NCBI GenBank assembly: GCA_038231435.1 | Contig: JBBRLJ010000002.1 | Coordinates: forward strand, 1 to 64,000 | From: Planctomycetota bacterium | Lineage (GTDB): Bacteria > Planctomycetota > UBA11346 | Length of the DNA stretch: 64,000 nt | Reading direction: 5' to 3' | Shown: positions 38,816 to 47,119 of the stretch, in pieces | Position numbering within the stretch: position 1 is the stretch's first letter | How the letters are laid out: every line of letters begins with the position of its first letter | Notes under the pieces: model-generated | Databases searched by the model: none | Told to the model about the DNA's origin: nothing | Seen by the model: only the letters and a program-made list of their open reading frames with translations | Translations under genes and position numbers: made by a program

Positions 38816-39427
38816 GTGACCGAACCATTCTTCGCCGCCAACAGCCAGAACCTGGCGGCCATCGAAACCGCGCTCACCGCGCTGACCTCGATGCGGCGCG
38901 ACTTCGAGGACCGCGGCAGCGCCAGCGAGCATTGGTTCTACGACCTGACCTGCGCCGCGGTCTTCCAGAACTACACCCTGCACTACCTGATCAGCCTGTT
39001 GGATGGCGAGAAGCCCGCGTGGAGGACCCGCCTGGAATCGCGGCTGCTCGCCACGCACACCTTATCGGTCATCGACGATCTCGGTCGGCTGGTGAACAAG
39101 ACCTTCGAGAAGCATCTCGCTGAGATCACCAACAATCCGCGCATCATCCAGCCATTGGAGCAAGCCGCAAAAGACCTGGCGGCGTTCCGCCGGGTCAATG
39201 ACAAGTCGGTGCGCGCGCTGCGCAAGGCGCTCGGGCTCCACGACGAGAGCAAGCCGCGCGAGCGCATCGCCTTCGACAACGACCTCGACCCACAGGCCAT
39301 CATCGGCCTCGCCATGGGCACGATCGGCTGGCTGTCGTCCTTCGGCAAGGGCGCGACCCTGCTCATCGGCGTGATCCGCACCGAGAAACAGCTGGGCGAT
39401 CAGCCTCGCGACGGCGGCGGACCCTGA
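38816..39427 (+). CDS. Hypothetical all-helical protein, possibly HEPN-like
   Basis: Strong GC3 codon pattern; R-x5-H in LRKALGLH. Confidence 0.65.
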   Translation: MTEPFFAANSQNLAAIETALTALTSMRRDFEDRGSASEHWFYDLTCAAVFQNYTLHYLISLLDGEKPAWRTRLESRLLATHTLSVIDDLGRLVNKTFEKHLAEITNNPRIIQPLEQAAKDLAAFRRVNDKSVRALRKALGLHDESKPRERIAFDNDLDPQAIIGLAMGTIGWLSSFGKGATLLIGVIRTEKQLGDQPRDGGGP

Positions 39428-39569
39428 CCACCATCACTCGACTCGTCCTCGGCATCGCTGGGTATCGCTGGGTAGAGGCGCGCTGATCGCCGAATTCGCG
39501 CCAACCCCCAGCCCATCACCCATTAGACTTCCGACGATCCCTGCGGTAGATTCCCCGCAGGAGCCCGCG

Positions 39570-40406
39570 ATGCGCCACGCCAATCCCGTCTCGATCCTCT
39601 CCCCGGCATTTTTCACGGCCTGCGCGAGCGCCTTCCTGCTCACGCTCGCGGACGAGGCCCGCTCGGCCGACGGCGCGTCGACCGACTACTGGGTGCGGGT
39701 GATGCCAGCGCTGTGGGCGGCGCAGCTCGACGGTGACTTCAGCTACCAGCGCGGAGGATCGTCTGGATCGCGCTTCACCACCGACCAGCTCGGCATCGAT
39801 GGCGCCAAGAACATCTTCGCCATCGAGGCCGGCGCGCAGATCCCGTTCCTGTTCGGCTTCCATGCTGGTTACTTCGACTTCTCGACCGAAGGCACGCGCC
39901 CTCTGACCCAGACGCAGACCTTCGGCAACCAGACCTACGCGGCCACCACCCAGGTGAAGACCACCGTGGGGCTGCGCGACCTGTACGGCGAGATCTGCAT
40001 CCGCCCGCTCAACCTCGACCTCGTCGGCTTCAGCGTCGGCGTCGCGGGACACTCCATCGATGGCCGCATGGAGCTGGCCGACCTCACCACCGGCAATTCC
40101 GATTCGATCGAGAAGACGGTGTTCATCCCCGCCGTGGCGGTGCGCGGGCACGTCAGCCCGCTGAAGTGCTTGACGCTCGAAGCGCGCGTGCACTGGATCG
40201 AGATCGCCACCGGCGGCAACCACGTGCGTTTCGCGGATGCCGATGTCCAGCTCGCCTACCGTCCGATCGAGTGGGTGGGCGTGCTCGCCGGATACCGTTA
40301 CAATCTCTACGACCTCCATCTCAAGGATCCTACCGGCACCAACTCGTCGGCCGACCTCAACCTGTCCCTCAGCGGCCCGTACGTCGGGTTGATCGCGAAA
40401 TTCTGA
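39570..40406 (+). CDS. Outer-membrane beta-barrel protein
   Basis: Signal peptide, alternating amphipathic strands, GYRY, C-terminal GPYVGLIAKF ending in Phe. Confidence 0.82.
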   Translation: MRHANPVSILSPAFFTACASAFLLTLADEARSADGASTDYWVRVMPALWAAQLDGDFSYQRGGSSGSRFTTDQLGIDGAKNIFAIEAGAQIPFLFGFHAGYFDFSTEGTRPLTQTQTFGNQTYAATTQVKTTVGLRDLYGEICIRPLNLDLVGFSVGVAGHSIDGRMELADLTTGNSDSIEKTVFIPAVAVRGHVSPLKCLTLEARVHWIEIATGGNHVRFADADVQLAYRPIEWVGVLAGYRYNLYDLHLKDPTGTNSSADLNLSLSGPYVGLIAKF

Positions 40407-40512
40407 GGGCATCAGGGACGCTGGCTCCCGCGCGTATCCCGGGCTCGCGGGCCGGACATTGCCCGATTGCGGCCCGACCCGTCCCGGAGTATCCTTCCTC
40501 CATCGGGGACCC

Positions 40513-41103
40513 ATGTTGACCGTACGCGTACCCAACGTCCTGTTCATCGATGACGATTCACCCTTCCTCGATGGGCTCAGGCGCTCGATGCACTCGCAGC
40601 GCATGCGCTGCTCGTTCGCCATCGATTTCGAGACCGCGCTCGAGATCATGGACCGCGAACCGATCGACATCGTGGTGTGCGACGAGCGCATGCCGACCAA
40701 ATCGGGCTGGGAGTTCCTCGGCGAGCTGCGCGAGAGTCATCCCACCATCATGCGCATCATGCTCAGCGGCGGATCGTCGATGGCGTCGATGGTAGCCACC
40801 ATCAACCGCGGCCAGGTCTATCGCTACCTGATCAAGCCGTGCCCCCAGGAACTGCTGGTCGACACCATCGAGAAGGCCTTCGAGTTCAAGCTCCTCACCG
40901 AGCAGTGCCGCGACTCTCTGAAGTACCTGCGCCACATCAACGAGGTCATCCAGCACATCAAGGATACCGACCCGGACCTGCTCGCCGCCTGCCGCGGCGA
41001 CCTGCCGGCCCCGGGATCTGTCTCCCCCGAGATCGACCTTGCCCAGCTCCATGAGAAGCTCGACGTCGAGATTTCCCACGCACGCGCCGCCTTCGGGGCT
41101 TAA
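40513..41103 (+). CDS. Response regulator (receiver + short helical tail)
   Basis: VLFIDDD, IVVCDERMP, IMLSG, YRYLIKP. Confidence 0.9.
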   Translation: MLTVRVPNVLFIDDDSPFLDGLRRSMHSQRMRCSFAIDFETALEIMDREPIDIVVCDERMPTKSGWEFLGELRESHPTIMRIMLSGGSSMASMVATINRGQVYRYLIKPCPQELLVDTIEKAFEFKLLTEQCRDSLKYLRHINEVIQHIKDTDPDLLAACRGDLPAPGSVSPEIDLAQLHEKLDVEISHARAAFGA

Positions 41104-41108
41104 TTAAT

Positions 41109-41547
41109 GCGCGGGCTCCGCCCCCGGGCCCCCGCGCACCTTTGTCGCCCCTCTTTTTCGCCGAGGGCGCAAAAGTTTGCGTGATGGGCTACGCCCATTG
41201 TTCACGCACAACGGAGCTCGGCGGTCGATTGGGGGCTTCGCCCCCCAGACACGCGTCACCGCCTGCATGAGCCTGTCGTTTCGCAGCCCGATCGAGTCAT
41301 CGTCTCAGATCGCTCCGCATCGCGTGAGCCCTGGCTGGAGCCCATCATGCAACATTCGCCGCCCGGCGGCGAATGAGATGAGCGACAAAGGTCAGGGGGG
41401 ACCGGCGAGGCGTAAGACCCGCCCGACCGCCTAGCTCCGGTTTGCGTGAACAATGGGCGAAGCCCATCACGCAAACTCTTTCGCCGCCCGGCGGCGAAAG
41501 AGAGGCGCGACAAAGGTCGCGGGGGACCGGGGGCAGAGCCCCCGCAC
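41109..41547. repeat. Composite of structured repeats: + copy ~41109-41223, solo hairpin 41230-41246, partial - copy ~41338-41403, - copy ~41428-41547
   Basis: Outer copies are imperfect ~115-120 bp inverted repeats sharing GGGC..GCCCCC, CTTTGTCG and TTTGCGTGATGGGC..GCCCATTGTTCACGCA. Confidence 0.85.
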
Positions 41548-41550
41548 CAA

Positions 41551-41832
41551 TTAAGGCATTTCCCGATTCTTGGCGCGCCGATGGGTGATGCGGATCACCA
41601 GCGTGTTCGAGACGTGCTCCGCAACCGTCAGCAGCGGGTTGGGGTCCCAGGGTTCCACCACCGCCGTCGCCGCGCAGGTCTCCACGCGCTCGATCATCTC
41701 GAGGCCGCGGATGCGCTCGGATTCCCCGAGCTGGCGGATGTTGGTCAGGCGCCAGCCGCGTTCGTCGTACTCGAAGCGGATCCCGTCCGGGGCAACGAAT
41801 TCGACAAGATGGACGTGGCGGTACTTGCGCAT
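41551..41832 (-). CDS. Small hypothetical protein (93 aa)
   Basis: Starts 7 bp after the receiver gene's stop on the same strand. Confidence 0.65.
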   Translation of the reverse strand: MRKYRHVHLVEFVAPDGIRFEYDERGWRLTNIRQLGESERIRGLEMIERVETCAATAVVEPWDPNPLLTVAEHVSNTLVIRITHRRAKNREMP

Positions 41833-41839
41833 GGCAGGC

Positions 41840-42226
41840 TCAGTTCTTGGCGGAGACGGCCGCGGCGGCCTGGAGGATGACCGCGCGCAGCTTCTCCGGA
41901 GTGCATGGCTTGCACAGGTAGTGGTCAGTCAGTGGAGCCGCGGGCTTGAGGAAATGCCCCGCGTCGATCATGCCCGACAAGGCGATGCGGGCGATGCGCG
42001 GATAGCGGGCCTGGACGATGGCCAGGAAACGCACGCCATTCATCCCGCCCATGAGCATGTCCGAAACCACCACATCGATGTCCTCGCGATGCAGCACCTG
42101 CAGCGCCTGTTCGGCGCTGGTCGACAGGTGGACGGTCCACTCCGGCTCCTTGAGGCGCAGGATGCGGAAATGCGCGAGGATGGAGTTCGGCTCATCGTCG
42201 ACGAAGAGGATGCTGAGACCGGCCAT
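41840..42226 (-). CDS. Single-domain response regulator
   Basis: ILFVDDE, VVVSDMLM, ALSG, YLCKP. Confidence 0.9.
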   Translation of the reverse strand: MAGLSILFVDDEPNSILAHFRILRLKEPEWTVHLSTSAEQALQVLHREDIDVVVSDMLMGGMNGVRFLAIVQARYPRIARIALSGMIDAGHFLKPAAPLTDHYLCKPCTPEKLRAVILQAAAAVSAKN

Positions 42227-42280
42227 GACCGGAACGTATCACCCGGGCACCCGCTAGGAACCGGCGTGCCCTCAGCGGAA

Positions 42281-42544
42281 TCACAAACGATGCCCGCCGC
42301 TTACCTCCAGCACAGCGACTTTACCTGGACGTTTGTCCGGTGTCGGCTGTCCGCACCACGTCCAGCGGCCGGCCGGATCGCACTTCCAATCCGGATCTGC
42401 GGTGGGCTTGTCGCTGCGCGTGATCGCCATCTGGCTTCCGGGTTCGCCGTCCGGATCTGGGATCACCATCACATACCAGGTCTCCGGCTTGCCCCCTTCG
42501 GGAGTGAAGATGATCCAATGGGTTGGTGACCATTTTGGCCGCAT
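42281..42544 (-). CDS. Stand-alone Trp-rich domain protein of unknown family
   Basis: WSPTHWIIFTP...ETWYVM...WKCDPAGRWTWCGQPTP; homologous to domains in 42688-43299 and 44296-44868. Confidence 0.82.
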   Translation of the reverse strand: MRPKWSPTHWIIFTPEGGKPETWYVMVIPDPDGEPGSQMAITRSDKPTADPDWKCDPAGRWTWCGQPTPDKRPGKVAVLEVSGGHRL

Positions 42545-42687
42545 GTCCCGACGATATCTCGGCTCCGCGGTTGCGCAGTTCCGAGCAGCGCTGATCGGCG
42601 CAGCCGTCCGTCACACGACTGGCCTTCACTCCGCCCTTCGTCACGCAGGAATCACGAATCCGGACCAGAACCAGGGCCGACCCGAGG

Positions 42688-43299
42688 CTAATGGGGCATC
42701 TCGTCGATGGCGACCTTGCCGCGCTCGCCCTCGGGCGTGCGCAATCCCCGGCAGGTCCACACCCCATCGGGCGTGCAATGCCATGCGGGCGTCACTCCAG
42801 CCGCCCATTCGGAATGGGTCAACGCCACGCGATGGCCGTAGGGCGCCGGACCGATCATCACCAGCCAGTTCTCAGGGCGACCCTTGTCAGGCGTGAAGGT
42901 GATGCGGTGGGTCGGAGTCCACGACGCCGTGATCTCCGGATTGCGCGCCATCGCGCCGCGCCAATCGTCTTCGGCGAGGCGAGGCGTGGAGCGCGGAGAC
43001 AGTTCCTGCAAGCGCGGAGACGAGCGAGGGGATGGCTCGCCGACAATGCGGGAGGCGCGCGGCGACGGATCCGGCAGGCGCGGCGACGAGCGCGGCGTAT
43101 GGCGTTCGGTCTGGGGCGGGAGGGCCGCCGGCCGTAGCGCGGACGCACCGAGGGCTTGGCCCGAGAGGGACTCGAGCAGGCGGCGCTGGCGCTCGAGCGC
43201 ATCACCGAGGCGCGCGATGCGCCGCGTCGATAGCAGGTGCAACAGCACCATGAGCGAGGCGAGGAACACCAGCGCCGCGATCGTGATCACCAGCTGCAT
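42688..43299 (-). CDS. Membrane-anchored protein: N-terminal TM, S/T-P-R repeat linker, C-terminal Trp-rich domain
   Basis: Hydrophobic LVITIAALVFLASLMVLL; TPRSSPRL/SPRSSPRL/SPRSTPRL; WTPTHRITFTP domain. Confidence 0.82.
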   Translation of the reverse strand: MQLVITIAALVFLASLMVLLHLLSTRRIARLGDALERQRRLLESLSGQALGASALRPAALPPQTERHTPRSSPRLPDPSPRASRIVGEPSPRSSPRLQELSPRSTPRLAEDDWRGAMARNPEITASWTPTHRITFTPDKGRPENWLVMIGPAPYGHRVALTHSEWAAGVTPAWHCTPDGVWTCRGLRTPEGERGKVAIDEMPH

Positions 43300-43487
43300 G
43301 GCGGGCTCCGGTCCATCATCGCATCCATCAACATCACTATCAGCATATCCATTCGCCCATGATGGCACCCGCGTGGCCCGCGGCCAGGGCGGCGTGGGCG
43401 AAGCCTCCCGCGTGCTTTATGTCAGCGGCCGTCCAACGGCCGAACATTGGCCGAACATTGGCCGCCAGTTGCAGGACACTAGCCGTG

Positions 43488-44204
43488 CTATTCGCGCTTG
43501 CCCTCGTCGAGCATGCGCGCCACCTCCATCAGCAGCCCCTGCATCGATCCGCTCAGGGTCTTCTGGTCAGCGGCGGGAGCGCCGGCGTGGAAGGCGAAGC
43601 GCTTGGGCGGATTCGTGGCCATGGCGATCAGCGCCTCGAGCCCGAGACGGGCGCCGCTGAACGCGTGGACCGGAGTCCCACCCACGAACCACACCGCCGA
43701 CAGGTTCGATCCGCCGGTGAGATCGAGTCGGCCGGTCTTGAGCGTGACGTTGAAGTACTGCAGCAAGTCGAGCACGCCATCCGAGGTCACATCGCCAACG
43801 AAGTTGGCGCCCTTGCTGACGATGTCCTGGACGTTGAAGTCGGGGCCCATCGTCTCCTCGTCGGCGATCTGCGGAGCGTTCGCCAACGCCGCGGGATCTG
43901 CGCCGGGGGGGAACAGCTGGAAGCGGAATACCTGCCCGCCGACCTGGATCTTGGCGCCGTCGGCGACGCGCGTGGGCGCGGTGATCTTCTTGCCGTTGAC
44001 CAGCACCCCATTGCGACTCTCGAGATCGCGCATCTCCCAGTGGCCGGCCGGGGTCCACGCCAGTTCCGCGTGCCGGCGCGAGATCAGGGCGTCCTGGATC
44101 GGGATGTCGGCCTTCTCGTCGCGACCGAATACATACGAGCGGCCAGTGCGGAGCTTGTGCAGCCTGCGGGCCGCCGAGACGAGGTAGTAATCGGCGGTGG
44201 CCAT
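43488..44204 (-). CDS. FHA domain + DUF4388 (PatA-N-like) domain protein
   Basis: FHA residues FGR, ISRRHA, SRNGVLVNG; DUF4388-like DLLQYF...KTGRL...AVWFVGG..VHA and LLMEVARMLDE. Confidence 0.88.
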   Translation of the reverse strand: MATADYYLVSAARRLHKLRTGRSYVFGRDEKADIPIQDALISRRHAELAWTPAGHWEMRDLESRNGVLVNGKKITAPTRVADGAKIQVGGQVFRFQLFPPGADPAALANAPQIADEETMGPDFNVQDIVSKGANFVGDVTSDGVLDLLQYFNVTLKTGRLDLTGGSNLSAVWFVGGTPVHAFSGARLGLEALIAMATNPPKRFAFHAGAPAADQKTLSGSMQGLLMEVARMLDEGKRE

Positions 44205-44295
44205 GGGCTCGTCGACACCGTAACCCCGCGTACGAGGCAGCGCAAGCCGGCACAGAGCTTGATCATGATGGTCTCGGCGTTTCCGAGGAGACGTC

Positions 44296-44868
44296 CTAGC
44301 GCTGGCGCGCGTCGCGGTCGTCGGCGGCCGCTTGCGTCGGATAGGCGCCGCTCACCTCTTCGACATGGACCGAGCCGGGGGTGTCCTTCGGCGTCGCCAT
44401 CCCCTTCCACGTCCAGTCCCCTTGGGGACTGCAGCTCCACTCAGGCGGGCACTGGGCGAACCATTCCTCGTGCGTCATCGCCGCCCAATGGCCAGGTCGG
44501 TAGGCGTCGGGCCTGGCCATCACCATCCACCAGCGCGGCTGGCCCTCGCTCGGATAGAACGTGATGCGATGGGTGGCGCTCCACTCCATCTTCTTGAAGC
44601 CGCCGCTGGTCTCCTTCACCGTCAGCAGTCCCTGGCGGTCGCCCGGCGTGTGCACGCCATCGCAGGTCCAGGTGCCGTCGATGGTGCAGGCCCATGAGCC
44701 AGGAGCGCTCTTGAGCCACTCGTCACGCGTATGCGCGCGGCGGATGCCCTCGTCGTCGGGCATGGCCGCCAACATGACCACCCAGGTTTCGGGCGGGCCG
44801 GCCTGGGGCGTGAAGGTCAGATAATGCGTGGCGCTCCAGGGTCTAGCCATGAGGAGCAGCATCGACAT
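44296..44868 (-). CDS. Protein with two tandem Trp-rich domains
   Basis: Two repeats starting WSATHYLTFTP and WSATHRITFYP; start could be 44850, 44862 or 44868. Confidence 0.82.
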   Translation of the reverse strand: MSMLLLMARPWSATHYLTFTPQAGPPETWVVMLAAMPDDEGIRRAHTRDEWLKSAPGSWACTIDGTWTCDGVHTPGDRQGLLTVKETSGGFKKMEWSATHRITFYPSEGQPRWWMVMARPDAYRPGHWAAMTHEEWFAQCPPEWSCSPQGDWTWKGMATPKDTPGSVHVEEVSGAYPTQAAADDRDARQR

Positions 44869-44959
44869 GGGAGCCCGCGTTCCAAGCCCGTCCCGGGATC
44901 CGCTCCCGACGTGCGCGATACGCCGCGCGCCGGGAGCGAGACCACTAGCTCCTCCCGAC

Positions 44960-45778
44960 TCACCGCACCCAGGTCCTGGTGGGAGAGCCGGTTCCGGGTC
45001 CGACCATGATACCGTCATCGCCGGCCGGATCGTAGATGTCGTCGGCGGTCGCTCCGCTGGCGTCCGGATTCAGGTACTGCCACGTCGCGATGGCCGAGCC
45101 GTCGAGATTGGCAGTCGCCCCCACCGGCGCGCCAGCCAGGCGCGGCAGCTTTCCGGTATGCCCATCGAAGAAGCACGCGACCGCGAGCTTCTTGTGCGCG
45201 AGATTCGCCACGCCGCGATCGGCCAGCACCACGCGCATCGAACTGGCATTCGACGGCACCGACCAGTCGTAGGCGTAGGCCGGAGAGTGGCTGAGGTTGC
45301 CGCCAGGTCCGGTGACGGCGTTGGTCCAGGCCGAGATCGCCGGTCCGGCGACGTCGAGCGTGGGCTCGGGCGCGAGCGTGGGCCGGTAGTGGGGTTCGGA
45401 TGGGCAGCTGAAGAGCTGGCGAGGCAGCTCGCCCATCTGGGTCGCAAGGAATTCGAAGCTGCCAATGGTGGTCGCGAACGCGAGCGGCGTCGGATTGGCG
45501 GCATCCTGCGAACCGTCAGCCTTGGTCGCGCGCACCGGCCAGATGCCTTCGTTCTGATTGGCGTAGACCATCATCGCCATCGCGATCTGGCGCTGGTTGC
45601 TCGCGCACTTCGTCTGATTCGCCAGCTCCCTCACCAGGTTGATGGCGGGGATGAGCATACCGGCGAGGATCGAGATGATCGAGATCACCACCAGCAACTC
45701 GATGAGGGTGAAACCCGAGCGGGCCCTGCCCTGGGGCCGAGGCCTGGTGGATGGGTGACGGATGGTTGGATGGTTCAT
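44960..45778 (-). CDS. Prepilin-type N-terminal cleavage/methylation protein (DUF1559-like)
   Basis: GFTLIELLVVISIISIL, CASNQRQI, FSCP, H-x9-DG (HKKLAVACFFDGH); GGAGG RBS. Confidence 0.9.
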   Translation of the reverse strand: MNHPTIRHPSTRPRPQGRARSGFTLIELLVVISIISILAGMLIPAINLVRELANQTKCASNQRQIAMAMMVYANQNEGIWPVRATKADGSQDAANPTPLAFATTIGSFEFLATQMGELPRQLFSCPSEPHYRPTLAPEPTLDVAGPAISAWTNAVTGPGGNLSHSPAYAYDWSVPSNASSMRVVLADRGVANLAHKKLAVACFFDGHTGKLPRLAGAPVGATANLDGSAIATWQYLNPDASGATADDIYDPAGDDGIMVGPGTGSPTRTWVR

Positions 45779-45949
45779 GGCAGCCTCCGGGATGAATGGA
45801 CGGATGCCCGCCTAACGGCGGGACGGATGCCATGGTTATCCGGTGAAAATCCTTGGATTCGACCGTGCGCTCGTTGCGCGCTTCGCCAATGTTGCGCGCG
45901 CCGGCACGAACGTGCGCGTGATTGCGTCAACGCCGGCGGGCGAGCGGCT

Positions 45950-46891
45950 TCAGGCGCGAATCGCGAACATCCCCGCCACCCCGCCCACCGCGATCGCGGC
46001 GCCGAGCAGCGACAGTAATGAGGGGCGATCACCCTCGCTCACCCACGCCAGTGGGATCACCACCACCGGCACCAGCGCGACCAGCGCCTGCATGAGCGCG
46101 CTGGGCGTATCGATCAGGGCGATCTGATAGCACATCACCCCTGCTACCGGCCCGCCCAGCGCGGCGACCACCAGCCACGGTCCGCCGCGTCGCCAGCTAC
46201 GCGTGCCGAGCCGCTGCTCGAAGCGGCGGATCCAGTACCCAGCGGAATCGTCCTGGGCGGGAAGCACCGGCCACAGCGCCAGCGCCGCGGCGGCTCCGCC
46301 GCAACAGCGCAGGAAGGTCAGATCGAGCGCCGCCGCCTGGATCGAGTCCACGTGCCAGGCAAGATGCCCGCGGCGGATCATCACTGCGGACACGGCGACG
46401 CCGACCGCCGACAGGACGGCGAAAGCGATGCCCGACCTGAACCGTGCGGGCTGGCTGTCGCCGGTCGACCGACGCGACCCCCCTCCGGCGAGCGAGATGG
46501 CCACGCCGACGAGCATCACGCCCGCGCACGCGGCGTCGCGCGGCGCTATCCCGGTTCCCAACCACGCCCATTCGATCGCACCAGCGAGCGGCGCGGCCAG
46601 GCAGTACGACAGCATCGCCGGCAGTCGCGCGCCCAGGCGATCGTAGGCGGCGAACAGCGCGGTATCGCCAACCGCGAGACCCATGACGCCACTGGCGATG
46701 AACCACCATGCCCCAGGCTGCCAACGTGGCACCCCGCTCGCGTGCGCGACCACGACCGCCGAGCCGAGCATCAGCAGAGCCATGGCCAGGCGCGCGCGGT
46801 TGGCCACTGCCCCTCCGACGTGCGCCGCGGCGCGTGCCGATGCGATGCTCGAGAGAGACCAGCATGCGACGACGATCAAGGCCAGCAGCAT
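45950..46891 (-). CDS. DMT/EamA-family transporter
   Basis: About ten hydrophobic segments; SGVMGLAVGD motif. Confidence 0.82.
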   Translation of the reverse strand: MLLALIVVACWSLSSIASARAAAHVGGAVANRARLAMALLMLGSAVVVAHASGVPRWQPGAWWFIASGVMGLAVGDTALFAAYDRLGARLPAMLSYCLAAPLAGAIEWAWLGTGIAPRDAACAGVMLVGVAISLAGGGSRRSTGDSQPARFRSGIAFAVLSAVGVAVSAVMIRRGHLAWHVDSIQAAALDLTFLRCCGGAAAALALWPVLPAQDDSAGYWIRRFEQRLGTRSWRRGGPWLVVAALGGPVAGVMCYQIALIDTPSALMQALVALVPVVVIPLAWVSEGDRPSLLSLLGAAIAVGGVAGMFAIRA

Positions 46892-47119
46892 CGAAAGCCA
46901 TGCTAGCAGGCAGTCGAAAATCTCCCCACGAGCCCCCGCCGCCGGCCCCTGAATCCCGTCATGCGGTTCGGCGGGTGTCAGCTACGCCGTCCGTAGGCGG
47001 TGGTTGCGCCATTCCGCGCTTTCCGGCCCAGGCTAGGCTGAACGACCCCGAGATGGGGCCGTTCACCCCTCGATCGGAGCCCCCTTATGCGCTCGTTGCG
47101 TCGTCATCGTGAGGTCATC

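Noticed and set aside
45790..45835. Direct repeat GGACGGATGCC x2 around a hairpin upstream of the prepilin gene
   Set aside because: Real but short and not seen elsewhere in the window; no basis for a functional call
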